From contig JAZNTO010000130.1 in NCBI GenBank assembly GCA_045591805.1, positions 2,924 through 66,923 on the forward strand: a DNA stretch of 64,000 bases, given 5' to 3'. Source of the DNA: Akkermansia sp. (GTDB lineage: Bacteria > Verrucomicrobiota > Verrucomicrobiia > Verrucomicrobiales > Akkermansiaceae). Position numbers and translations under genes: made by a program. The notes beneath the pieces were generated by a model. That model had not been told where the DNA came from. It saw only the letters and a program-made list of their open reading frames with translations, and searched no databases. This document shows, one piece after another, positions 39,227 to 48,786 of the stretch (position 1 is the first letter of the stretch; each line of letters starts with the position of its first letter).

Positions 39227-39281
39227 CTGTAGAGAACGCTAAGGGGTATAAAAATTCTACAAAAAAAGTGAAATTATTTTT

Positions 39282-40277
39282 CTACGGCATTTTAATGCGT
39301 TCAATATCAATATCTCGCAGATTTACATTTATTTCCGGGTCGCGAGCTTGCGAGAAGTCACTGCCGTATATTCCGGCGAAATCTTCGCTGTTGATGAAGT
39401 CTGCTAAATCCGCATTGCCAAAACATGCGTTTTTTTGCAGGTAAACAAGCGTAGGCCCTAGTCTGTATGCCAGCTCGCGAGCTGTCTGCGCATGCGCTCC
39501 CCAGCACTCCGGCCAGGGGGCATCGCTAGCGAAACGTCTCAGCTGTCGAGCTCCGGCTATGAGGGTAGGGGTGTAGTACCGGTGCGTATCCTCTGTGCAG
39601 GCTGCCAGCGTATGCAGAAGGCGTAGCATGGCATTCTCGATAGGGGCATCGCAGTACCGTGCGGGGAGTTTTGGCTGCGGACCCTGCGTGTTCATGCGAT
39701 ACCGGCGCCGGAACTCATCGTTTGGCGGAGCCCAGAGCGGGGTGCCCGGGTCGGCGGGTTCGTCTTCCACATCGATGGTGATGAACTGAACCCAGTGGCT
39801 GCGCTGAGGTTCGCGCCAGAAAGTGGGGGTAAACTCAGCAAAGCAGGAGATGTGCATCAGGTACTCTGTGTGCATGTTGCCATTTGGGCTGCGCACCTCC
39901 CGTGCGGCTCCAATGCCGGCAAAACTAACCACCCGCAGGTGGCCGTTTTCGGCGCTCAGCTCGGCCGGCGGTGCCAGAACTGAGAGCTTGCCGTTCTTAC
40001 AAACAACTTGTATCTTCCACTTATTGCCCTTTATCTGCTGCTGTATGCCACTGCATGTCGTGTCGAACCAGCTGCCACGCTGCGGCTCGTTGTGGGAAAT
40101 GGTGTGGGCAAAGGAAAAGGTGCTCTTTTGCAGGTGCGGGGGAAGGTCGCACACCGTTGGGAAGGGGCGTATCACCTTCACTTCGTCCGGTTGTAGAGCC
40201 GGGCGCAGACCAATGGCGGCAGTACCGAGCACTCCGAGCAGGAGGATAAAAACTGTGCGCTTGTGCCATTTCTTCAT
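39282..40277 (-). CDS. Hypothetical membrane-anchored or secreted protein
   Basis: 331-aa ORF with an N-terminal hydrophobic segment. No recognised motif. Confidence 0.65.
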   Translation of the reverse strand: MKKWHKRTVFILLLGVLGTAAIGLRPALQPDEVKVIRPFPTVCDLPPHLQKSTFSFAHTISHNEPQRGSWFDTTCSGIQQQIKGNKWKIQVVCKNGKLSVLAPPAELSAENGHLRVVSFAGIGAAREVRSPNGNMHTEYLMHISCFAEFTPTFWREPQRSHWVQFITIDVEDEPADPGTPLWAPPNDEFRRRYRMNTQGPQPKLPARYCDAPIENAMLRLLHTLAACTEDTHRYYTPTLIAGARQLRRFASDAPWPECWGAHAQTARELAYRLGPTLVYLQKNACFGNADLADFINSEDFAGIYGSDFSQARDPEINVNLRDIDIERIKMP

Positions 40278-40318
40278 GCGTGAGCTATTCTAGCGGATAT
40301 TCATGCCGAAATCAAGGC

Positions 40319-40347
40319 TTGAGTTTGCTCTTCTCCGGCATTATAAT
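40319..40347 (+). promoter_or_regulatory. Sigma70-type promoter of hisC
   Basis: TTGAGT-17-TATAAT. Confidence 0.7.
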
Positions 40348-40357
40348 GCCGCAAGTC

Positions 40358-41464
40358 ATGAGCAATATCTCTCAGTATGCCAATCAGTATGTGCTGGAGC
40401 TGGTAGCCTACCAGCCCGGCAAGCCCATAGAGGAAACCGCTCGCGAGCTGGGCATGAATCCCGCCGATATTGTGAAACTCGCTTCCAACGAGAACTCCCT
40501 CGGCCCCTCGCCCAAAGCGATTGCGGCTATTCAGCAGGCCGCAGCCGGCGTGCATATATACCCGGATGGCGCCTCTTTCTCCCTGCGCAGCAAGATAGCA
40601 GAGCGTTTCGGGGTGGAGTTCGGGCAGACCGTAGTAGGCAGCGGCAGCAGTGAACTTATCGAGCTTCTGTGCCACGCCTGTCTGCACGAGGGTATAGAGT
40701 TGATAGCGGCAAAACATAGCTTCTCCATGTACCCCATCATGTGTAAACTCTTTGGAGCTAAGTATGTGGAGACCCCCATTAAACCGGATTTCAGCTCAGA
40801 CCTGCAGGCCATTCTTGCTGCCATCTCGCCTCAGACCCGCTTGGTGTTTATCACGAATCCGGCCAATCCGCTTGGCACTGTGGTCTCGCAGGCAGAGATG
40901 GATGCGTTTATGGACGCTGTGCCGGAACACGTCATTGTGGCTTTTGACGAGGCTTACATCGACTTTGCAGATGAGCAGCCCGATACGCTCAAATATGTGA
41001 AGCAGGGGAAAAATGTCATACTGTTGCGCACTTTCTCGAAAGCCTATGGTCTGGCCGGATTGCGTGCCGGCTATGGTGTGACGATTCCGGAGATTGCCGA
41101 TCTGCTGAACAAGGCTCGCACTCCCTTCAATATGAACATCATGTCGCAGGTGGCGGCTGCTGCTGCTTTGGATGACGCAGAGCACCTGGCGGCCTCTGTA
41201 GGTATGGTGAATCGCGGCAAGCTGCAATACTACGAAGCCTTCAATGCTTGGGGTATCGATTATGTGCCTAGCCAGGCAAACTTTATTCTGGTTAAAACCG
41301 GGCAGGGGCGCAAGGTGTTCAACGATGCTTTGGCAAAGGGGGTTATTCTGCGCCACATGGATGGCTATGGACTGCCGGAGTACGTCCGCATCACCATAGG
41401 TACAGAGCGGGAAAATGCTCGCTGCCTAGAGGTGTTGGCAGAGCTGTTGGGCAAGAAAGCCTGA
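40358..41464 (+). CDS. hisC: Histidinol-phosphate aminotransferase
   Basis: YQPGKPIEE, KLASNENSLGPSP, NPANP, DEAY, RTFSKAYGLAGLRAGY, RITIG. Confidence 0.95.
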   Translation: MSNISQYANQYVLELVAYQPGKPIEETARELGMNPADIVKLASNENSLGPSPKAIAAIQQAAAGVHIYPDGASFSLRSKIAERFGVEFGQTVVGSGSSELIELLCHACLHEGIELIAAKHSFSMYPIMCKLFGAKYVETPIKPDFSSDLQAILAAISPQTRLVFITNPANPLGTVVSQAEMDAFMDAVPEHVIVAFDEAYIDFADEQPDTLKYVKQGKNVILLRTFSKAYGLAGLRAGYGVTIPEIADLLNKARTPFNMNIMSQVAAAAALDDAEHLAASVGMVNRGKLQYYEAFNAWGIDYVPSQANFILVKTGQGRKVFNDALAKGVILRHMDGYGLPEYVRITIGTERENARCLEVLAELLGKKA

Positions 41465-41492
41465 GCTTTCTCATTTTCCAAAAGTCGCCGGG

Positions 41493-42167
41493 TCAAACTC
41501 TTGCTCCGGCGGCTTTGCCTTCTATATAGCCGAAGGGTATCATGGCAGGCAGAAGTCCGCCTATGGTATACAGGGGTATGATGAAGACGGAATAAGGGAA
41601 AATGGCTATTGGGTCGCAGCCCGGGTCATCGTTGCAGTCTATTATAGCGCCGATGAGAACCGCCAAGGAAATTCCCCATAACCAGCAGAGCGGTAGGGCT
41701 GCAAAGCTGCGTCCCCAGGCATTACGAATTTTGCTGACAGGTGGTATGACGATACTCACAAGTGTGAATACCCCGGCAGCAGCTGCGGCTATGGTGGAAG
41801 CGAGTGGCCATGCCCGATACCCGGCCATTATCTCGCCGGAGACATACACCACTCCGGCATTCAAGCAGGGTAGCAACAGCAGACTGACTGCGTAATCAAT
41901 CCGCGCCAATGGTTTGCGCCCTCGCAGCAAGTAGGCCGCCAGCTCTGTAGGTATCAAAATAAGCGGCATACAGGTCATAGCCAGCATGAAGATGAAGTAA
42001 CTCGACGGTAACCAAAAGATGGCATCTGCTTCGGGCAGGGATGGATCTTCGCATGCATCTGCTACCAAGCATGCGATGGCTGTTAGCAGGGTATAACACA
42101 GAAAAACAGTTGCCGGCCAGACAAGCAGGCGTTGCCACAAGCGGGCAGGGTATAGGTAGCGCTTCAT
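41493..42167 (-). CDS. Hypothetical polytopic membrane protein
   Basis: About 6 hydrophobic segments. 4-nt overlap with the upstream gene. Confidence 0.65.
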   Translation of the reverse strand: MKRYLYPARLWQRLLVWPATVFLCYTLLTAIACLVADACEDPSLPEADAIFWLPSSYFIFMLAMTCMPLILIPTELAAYLLRGRKPLARIDYAVSLLLLPCLNAGVVYVSGEIMAGYRAWPLASTIAAAAAGVFTLVSIVIPPVSKIRNAWGRSFAALPLCWLWGISLAVLIGAIIDCNDDPGCDPIAIFPYSVFIIPLYTIGGLLPAMIPFGYIEGKAAGARV

Positions 42168-42844
42168 GTAGTGACGGGAAGTTTTTGCAATTCTGCCTGA
42201 ATGGCGGGCGGGCAGTTGTATTTGGCGGAGTCCAAGTTATTTTGCGTGATACCGGCTCCGGCTTTTGCCAGTAGCGGCAAAAGCTCAAGGGCATTTGCTA
42301 CGGCTTGTGGATTCGGGCTTTCCATGGCCTCGAAATACAGCTCGTAAATATCTACTATCGCGTCCGCTATGTAGTCCGCTCGTGTTCCTTTGGCTAGCAA
42401 TCGACGGGCTTTTTGCTGTGCTCCTTCTTGCGGACCATGCAGTGGGTCAATGGCTGCAAGCACGGCCTCCTCCAGCTCGCCGCGCATGTGGTCGCGGTAG
42501 GCAGAGCGTAGGAATAATACGCCCATGGGCAGGAGTATCAACAAAAACGGAACCGTGATGAAGATGAGCAATGTTGGTGCACTAGGCATATAGGCGTCTG
42601 CCGCTCGCCCGGCGGTACACCCCGCCAGCTCCAGTGCAGACATGCCATAGAGTACGAGGCTCAGCCAGCAGAGTGTTACTACTTGCAGGATGCTGCTCCG
42701 AGGCCAGTACAGCAATACAGCCGTACCCACGGCTCCCCATAGAGCCGCGCGCATAGGCTGCGCCGTGTCCGCCCCCGGTACAAGCAGCAGACACCCCAAA
42801 CCATAGGCGCTAAGCGCCGTTACGATGATTCCAAGCTGTTTCAT
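42164..42844 (-). CDS. Hypothetical membrane protein with soluble C-terminal domain
   Basis: About 4 TMs followed by a helical domain. Confidence 0.65.
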   Translation of the reverse strand: MKQLGIIVTALSAYGLGCLLLVPGADTAQPMRAALWGAVGTAVLLYWPRSSILQVVTLCWLSLVLYGMSALELAGCTAGRAADAYMPSAPTLLIFITVPFLLILLPMGVLFLRSAYRDHMRGELEEAVLAAIDPLHGPQEGAQQKARRLLAKGTRADYIADAIVDIYELYFEAMESPNPQAVANALELLPLLAKAGAGITQNNLDSAKYNCPPAIQAELQKLPVTT

Positions 42845-42930
42845 TGCCCTTCTGCAAAGAATAGACACCCCGGATGACAATTTGTTGATTTTTTTTCGGA
42901 AGAGGTGGGCTTATCATTCCTGCCCTCACC

Positions 42931-42965
42931 AAAAAGCCCTCTTTTCCGGAAAGAAAAGAGGGCTT
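42931..42965 (-). terminator. Intrinsic terminator after argG
   Basis: 13-bp stem AAGCCCTCTTTTC/GAAAAGAGGGCTT plus T-tract on the minus strand. Confidence 0.85.
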
Positions 42966-42987
42966 GGAGTAAGGGGAAGATGTATAT

Positions 42988-44273
42988 TTACTTGTTGTTG
43001 ACGCGGGCGAATTGCTTGAGTCGCAGGCCGTTGAGGTGGATGAAGCCGCTGGCGTCGTCCTGATTGTAGTCCTCGTCGGTGTAGTCGCCCTCCATGGTGG
43101 CTATCTCGTAGCTGTAGAGGGAGTTCGGGCTCTTGCGGCCGGCGTACATAACATTGCCCTTGTAGAGCTTGAGACGCACCTCGCCGTTGACAGTTTCCTG
43201 AGTCTTGGAGACAAGAGCCTGAATAGCCTCGCGCTCGGGGGCAAACCAGAAGCCGTTGTAGACCATGGCAGCGTAGTCCGGTATGAGGGAGTCGCGGACT
43301 TTCTGAGCCTCGCGATCCATGGTGATAGTCTCGATGTCGCGGTGGGCGGCCAGTAGGATGGTGCCACCGGGGGTCTCATAGATGCCGCGGCTCTTCATGC
43401 CTACAAAGCGGTTCTCGATGATATCCACGCGGCCGATACCATGCTTGCCTCCCAAGTAGTTGAGCACAAGCATGACGCCAAGTGGGTCGAGCAGGGTGTA
43501 GCCGTCTTTCTCGCCTGTGGCGGTGGTGCCGACTTTCTCCATAATCTCTGCGAGCCCCTCTGTCTGCAGACCAACGATGTTACCTTTCTCGAAGAGGCAC
43601 TGGAGGTACTGGGGTGCATCGGGGGCATCTTCCGGAGCAACGGAGAGCATGTACATGGCACGATCCTCTTCCTTGGTGCATCGTACCAAGTGTCCTCCAG
43701 AATACCGGCCTCAAAGGAGATGTGCAGAAGGTTGCGGTCCATGGAGTAGGGCTTCTTCATGCTCTGGCGGATGGGTATGCCGTGGGACTCTGCGTACTGA
43801 ATCAACTCGGAGCGTCCGGGGAACTGGTCGCGCCACTCTTTCATGCGCCAAGGGGCGATAACCTGCAGCTGCGGAGCCAAGGCATTGATGGAAAGCTCAA
43901 AGCGTACTTGGTCGTTGCCCTTGCCGGTGGCACCGTGGGCAATAGCATCTGCGCCCTCGGCAATAGCTACGTCTACCATCGCCTTGGAGATGCAGGGGCG
44001 TGCGATGGAGGTGCCCAGTAGATAGCGCCCCTCATACACGGCGTTGGCTTGGAACATGGGGAAGATGTAGTTGGCTGCGAAGTCTGCTTTCAGGTCGCCG
44101 ATGATGCACTTGGAGGCACCCGTGGCGAGAGCCTTTGCCTCCAGACCATCGAGCTCTTCTGCCTGACCTACATCGGCGCAGTAGGCGATGATTTCTGCGT
44201 TGTACTTCTCCTTGAGCCACACCAGAAGGACGGATGTGTCAAGGCCACCGGAGTATGCAAGAACGATCTTCAT
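42988..44273 (-). pseudogene. argG: Argininosuccinate synthase with a 1-nt frameshift near 43678 (real lesion or sequence error)
   Basis: Frame 1 runs [14 protein letters not shown]...[14 protein letters not shown]...[13 protein letters not shown]. Frame 2 continues TKEEDRAMY...[19 protein letters not shown]...DASGFI. Confidence 0.85.
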
Positions 44274-44378
44274 TGTATAACAGGACGCGCGGCGGTTTAC
44301 CGTGCACGCGCGCATTATACGCTACTTGTGCGCGTTAGAAAAGCAAAATGTGTTGCAGTATCCGCTTTTTGTATGGAT

Positions 44379-45341
44379 TTATTGCAGCGGCTGGGGTGTG
44401 GTGGGGGCTGTGGCTCCGGGGGTATTGCCGGCGGCCGGAAGGTCGGGCATCATTTCGCGAAGCGTTCTGGCCATTTCCGGGGATGTTTGCTCCAGCATTT
44501 CCAGTGTACCCGGAGTGCGGATAATGGCATGGCTCATGAGCTGCAGCCCTGCGTAGATGACTACGCCTGCCAGCAGGAAGTGGCGCACAGTGGCTTTTCG
44601 GCGCTGTAGGGGTAGGGTCATGCAGCGAGCATCCCACATGGTGATACCTCGCCGGGTGAGCATGAAGTAGCTGATGAGCATGGTAACCAAGCCCACGGGG
44701 AAGAGGTAACAGCCCATGCCGATGACATTCACGGAGAGGCTGCGGAAGAGCGCCCGGGTGAAGGTCATGGGGGATTTTTCCCGGCCGAAAGTGCTGACGG
44801 CGATGCCCATCATGCGTTTTCCCGGTGTGGTGCCCCGGTAGGTGAGCAGAGCTGCCTCGATGAATACCATCGGTGCCCAGAAGAGCGGCAGCAGCATATC
44901 GGTAAAGGGAATTTGCAGTAGATAGACAATGCCGGCGGCCATGGCCGCATACAGTGAGCTGTCGATGAGGCGAGCCATGAGACGCGTGCGCGGCAGTGGC
45001 AGGGATACAGCGGAGGTGTCCTCGATTGTTTGGGAGGCGGGGAGTGTGACTTCCATCTGAACAGTCTGCTGCTCTTCTTCCGGCGGTGGGGTGAGCGTCT
45101 TGGGTGGTATAGGCGGCAAAACTTTAGCCTCTTCCGCGTTTTCGCTTCCTTTGCTCTTGTTTTGCAACTCTCCCAGGAAATCCGCTAAGGCCGGCAACTC
45201 GCGCAAGGGTGCCCAGCCGGCACAGCCTGCATGCCAGCCGAGCGTGTCCGGAGTCAGCTCTCCCATCTGTACCAGAGAAATGACATCCGGCACGGTGGTA
45301 GGTCCCTGCTTTTTCTTGTCCTTAATCCAGTAGATATCCAT
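44379..45341 (-). CDS. RDD family protein with N-terminal GYF_2 (DUF4339) domain
   Basis: QGP...TLGWHAGCAGWAPLRELP. RLMARLID, TPGKRMMGI, RRGITMWD. Confidence 0.85.
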   Translation of the reverse strand: MDIYWIKDKKKQGPTTVPDVISLVQMGELTPDTLGWHAGCAGWAPLRELPALADFLGELQNKSKGSENAEEAKVLPPIPPKTLTPPPEEEQQTVQMEVTLPASQTIEDTSAVSLPLPRTRLMARLIDSSLYAAMAAGIVYLLQIPFTDMLLPLFWAPMVFIEAALLTYRGTTPGKRMMGIAVSTFGREKSPMTFTRALFRSLSVNVIGMGCYLFPVGLVTMLISYFMLTRRGITMWDARCMTLPLQRRKATVRHFLLAGVVIYAGLQLMSHAIIRTPGTLEMLEQTSPEMARTLREMMPDLPAAGNTPGATAPTTPQPLQ

Positions 45342-45357
45342 ACGCGTGGGGTTTTTA

Positions 45358-47013
45358 TCAATTGGAGCGTAGTGCTTTTGCCGGATCTTGGCGGGAAACT
45401 ACGATGGCGGGTACAATGGAGGCGATGACCACCATCACAAATGCGGAGAGTGCCTGCTTGGCGAAGGTGGCGGGGTCGTATTCTGCCGGTATGGTGATGC
45501 CGTGTGCCTCCATGGGGAAGGGATCCATACCAATGCTTGCCAGCGCGGCTTGAATCTCCAAGCGGTAGTAAAGCACCAGCAGAGCCAATACGATGCCGAG
45601 AGCTGCGCCCAAGAAGCCGATAATGACGCCTTGCCAAGCAAATATGCCGACAATTTTGCCCGGAGTGGCACCAAGAGCCTGCAGCACAGCAATCTCGCGC
45701 TTGCGCTGGATGGACATGGTGAACATGACTGCCATGATGCAGAAACTTGCTATCAGGTTGATGGTGGAGAGGACAAAATTGAGCATGATTCGCTCGTTTG
45801 CAATGAGTTTGTGCCATTGCTCAAATGTCTTCGTCCACGGGGAGATGAACCAGTGCGCTCCCAGCGGAAGTTCTTCTGTGGAGGCGGTGTTGTCCGGCAG
45901 CAGTGCCTGAATCTGAGATTCAACATCTCCGGGTACATGGGCGTTGTGCAGGTGTACGCAGAGCCCCATCACGTTGCCGGCATTCTCATTCGAGTAGCCT
46001 ACCACTTCCTGCGCAATACTCAGCGGCATGTATATGTTGGGACCCGTGTCCATATTTTCCGGCGCTTGGTATATACCAACTACTCGTAAATCCACGGGCA
46101 TAACCATCTCGTTGATACTTTTCACGGCCTTGCCGTCCTCTTTGTCGCGATCCAGTGCGGCGATTTCGGCTGCTGTATTTTGCCAGCGTTGTTTTTCCTC
46201 TGCGGAGAAAGGCACCCCTGCTGCGTGAGAAGCCGCCAGCTCGTAAAGTGTGGCGCAGGCGTCTTTTTCACTGCGGCGCATTTTATCCGGTTCGAAACCA
46301 CGAATGAAGCCTATGACACTCTCCAGCTTTTCTTGCGGTACAATTTCGCCTCCGTTTGCCGGGGTTGTAGTGTCGAATGCGCTGCTGATGGCAGCCATGA
46401 ACTCCGCGTTACTTTGGGTGATGAGCGGATTCTGAATCATGGCATAGATAGCTGCTACTTCGTCAATGCTACCCACCGGGGTGAGGTGAAGCTCGTCCCC
46501 GAGCATCAGCCCGAGGGCGTTGGCTGTTTTGCGGGATATGACGCACTCTTGGTCAAAGCCCTCGCCGAAGTCGAATGTGCCTTCTTTGAGCATAGGCAGC
46601 AGAGGGTTGAGCTGTCCGGCATTGTGTGGTTGGATGGAGGCAAACTGCACCATGATGCGGCCGGCTTCACTTTGCGCAAAGGCTTGTCCCTCCAGTTGCG
46701 GGTAAGCACTGGCCACATTCGGCAGCGCTTGCAACTTCTCCACCAGTGCTTCCCAGTCTGTGCGTTCCTGACTCAGCGCAATGCGTTTCATGCCATCCGA
46801 CTGTCCGAGCACGTAATGCGGCATAAAGGCAAGGCCGCGTGTTTCCATCTCTTTTTGCAGGCCTCCCATGACAGAGAGCACCACGATGAGCACCATAACC
46901 CCCAGCGACACACCTACTAAGCATATCAGCGTAATGATGGAGAAGAGGGTGCGAAGCGGGTTCAGGTATCGAATCGCCAGCATCAGGCTCAGATTGCGTC
47001 TCAGTATTTTCAT
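45358..47013 (-). CDS. Lipoprotein-releasing ABC permease LolC/E (FtsX-like) with large periplasmic insertion
   Basis: LAIRYL, GVSLGVMVLIVVLSVMGG, KREIAVLQALGA, PAKALR. Confidence 0.88.
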   Translation of the reverse strand: MKILRRNLSLMLAIRYLNPLRTLFSIITLICLVGVSLGVMVLIVVLSVMGGLQKEMETRGLAFMPHYVLGQSDGMKRIALSQERTDWEALVEKLQALPNVASAYPQLEGQAFAQSEAGRIMVQFASIQPHNAGQLNPLLPMLKEGTFDFGEGFDQECVISRKTANALGLMLGDELHLTPVGSIDEVAAIYAMIQNPLITQSNAEFMAAISSAFDTTTPANGGEIVPQEKLESVIGFIRGFEPDKMRRSEKDACATLYELAASHAAGVPFSAEEKQRWQNTAAEIAALDRDKEDGKAVKSINEMVMPVDLRVVGIYQAPENMDTGPNIYMPLSIAQEVVGYSNENAGNVMGLCVHLHNAHVPGDVESQIQALLPDNTASTEELPLGAHWFISPWTKTFEQWHKLIANERIMLNFVLSTINLIASFCIMAVMFTMSIQRKREIAVLQALGATPGKIVGIFAWQGVIIGFLGAALGIVLALLVLYYRLEIQAALASIGMDPFPMEAHGITIPAEYDPATFAKQALSAFVMVVIASIVPAIVVSRQDPAKALRSN

Positions 47014-47095
47014 GCTCGCCGCACAGTATCTCTTATAATGCGTCATCTTGCAAGCCCAAATCGTGCAGCATGTGCATTGCTGACGCATTAAACCC

Positions 47096-47124
47096 TTGCG
47101 TGGGTGCGCGCGAATGTGTAAGAT
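47096..47124 (+). promoter_or_regulatory. Sigma70-type leaderless promoter of trxB
   Basis: TTGCGT-17-TAAGAT, 7 nt before ATG. Confidence 0.65.
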
Positions 47125-47131
47125 GGCCTCA

Positions 47132-48064
47132 ATGGACGAGAAATTGATTATCATCGGAACGGGGCCTGCCGGATATACGGCGGCCATCTACGCTGCGCGC
47201 GCTGACCTTGCGCCCTTGGTATTCACCGGGGAACAGCTTGGCGGACAGCTCACCACCACCACCGAGGTGGAGAACTTCCCCGGCTTTCCGGAGGGTATCA
47301 TGGGGCCTGACCTTATGTTCAACATGAGCCAGCAGGCAGAGAAGCATGGTGCGCGCTATGCATATGAGAATGTAATATCCGTAACCCGCGAGGCCTGCAG
47401 CGGTCTGTTTGTGGTCACGACTACCGGTGGCGCATACAAGGCGAAAGCCGTTATCGTGGCAACGGGTGCCAAAGCTCGCTACCTGGGTGTAGAGGGGGAG
47501 GGCGCCCTTATCGGCCATGGCCTGACCGCCTGTGCAACCTGCGATGGTGCTTTCTACCGTGATGTCCCCGTCTGCGTAGTAGGCGGCGGCGACAGTGCAT
47601 GCGAGGAGGCTACCTTCCTGACTCGCTTTGCCTCCAAGGTATACCTCATTCACCGCCGTGACCAGCTGCGTGCCAGCAAGGCCATGCAGCAGCGCGTGCT
47701 CTCCAACCCCAAAATTGAGCCGATTTGGAACAGCACCATCGCCGCATACCAAACGGATGAGGCCGGCGAAGTATGCGGTGTAACCCTGCGCGATACGCAG
47801 AACGGCGAGGAACGCCCGCTGGAGGTCAAGTGCGTGTTCATGGCTATCGGCCACAGCCCCAACAGCAAGTTCTTGGGCGACTTGGTGGATGTGGATGCCG
47901 CCGGATTCATCATCCGCACCAATGGCGGGGCGGCTACCAAGACTCCCGGTCTCTTTGCGGCCGGAGATGTGGCAGACCCCGTGTATCGACAAGCCATTTC
48001 CGCAGCCGGCATGGGCTGCTGGGCAGCCATCGAGGCTGAGCGCTACTTGCTTTCTCAGGAATAA
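47132..48064 (+). CDS. trxB: Thioredoxin reductase
   Basis: GTGPAGYTAAIY, GGQLTTT, CATCDG, GGGDSA, HRRD, FAAGDV, YRQAI. Confidence 0.97.
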   Translation: MDEKLIIIGTGPAGYTAAIYAARADLAPLVFTGEQLGGQLTTTTEVENFPGFPEGIMGPDLMFNMSQQAEKHGARYAYENVISVTREACSGLFVVTTTGGAYKAKAVIVATGAKARYLGVEGEGALIGHGLTACATCDGAFYRDVPVCVVGGGDSACEEATFLTRFASKVYLIHRRDQLRASKAMQQRVLSNPKIEPIWNSTIAAYQTDEAGEVCGVTLRDTQNGEERPLEVKCVFMAIGHSPNSKFLGDLVDVDAAGFIIRTNGGAATKTPGLFAAGDVADPVYRQAISAAGMGCWAAIEAERYLLSQE

Positions 48065-48082
48065 TACATTGCGGGAGCAAAT

Positions 48083-48718
48083 ATGAAACATATCATCCTG
48101 ACATCTGCTTTGTCGGCATGCTGCATTCTGCTAAGCGCTTGTCAATCCTCCGATATGGTGTATGCGGAAGCCAAAACTTTTGCCGATTCCGGTAATTACG
48201 AGGCTGCGTTACCCTTGTATCGTCGTGCGGCGGAGGCCGGGTCGGTCGAAGCGCAGCTGGCACTTGGCAAGTGCTACGACTTCGGGCGTGGTATTGCGGC
48301 AAACCCTGAGGAAGCGGTGCGCTGGTACAAACGCGCAGCGGAGGCCGGCAATGCAGATGCTCAGGATAATCTCGCTACATGTTATGCAGAGGGTTACGGC
48401 GTGCCCAAGGATTTACAACGTGCGGTGAACTGGTACAAGGCCGCCGCCGCGCAGGGGAATGCCTTTGCCTACAACAACCTCGGCCTCTGTTACCGCAACG
48501 GCGAAGGTCTGCCTGTGGATCATGTGTCTGCCTCTCAGTGTTTCGAACAAGCTGCCATGCGAGGCAATGCCAATGGCCAGTATAATCTGGGTCGCAGCTA
48601 TTACCATGGACTCGGTGTACCGGTGGACATGGAAAAGGCGCGCCTCTGGGTAAGCCGTGCTGCCGCTCAGGGGCACCAAAATGCCGCGGCTTTCATGCAG
48701 GATAACGGCTGGCAGTAA
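48083..48718 (+). CDS. Sel1-repeat lipoprotein
   Basis: Lipobox LSAC and 4-5 Sel1 repeats (AQxxLGxCY..G.G...A..WY..AA..G). Confidence 0.92.
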   Translation: MKHIILTSALSACCILLSACQSSDMVYAEAKTFADSGNYEAALPLYRRAAEAGSVEAQLALGKCYDFGRGIAANPEEAVRWYKRAAEAGNADAQDNLATCYAEGYGVPKDLQRAVNWYKAAAAQGNAFAYNNLGLCYRNGEGLPVDHVSASQCFEQAAMRGNANGQYNLGRSYYHGLGVPVDMEKARLWVSRAAAQGHQNAAAFMQDNGWQ

Positions 48719-48740
48719 CTCTTTTTTTCTTCTTTTTTCT

Positions 48741-48769
48741 GAGCCGCGCGTTTCTGCGCGGCTCTTTTT
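48741..48769 (+). terminator. Intrinsic terminator
   Basis: GAGCCGCGC-GTTTCT-GCGCGGCTC-TTTTT. Confidence 0.8.
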
Positions 48770-48786
48770 CCACTCAGCTCAATACC

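Noticed and set aside
43670-43690. Programmed ribosomal frameshift in argG
   Set aside because: No slippery sequence or stimulatory structure is present, and I know of no precedent for argG.
48160-48700. Periodic ~108-bp similarity in the DNA
   Set aside because: It is explained by the Sel1 protein repeats.
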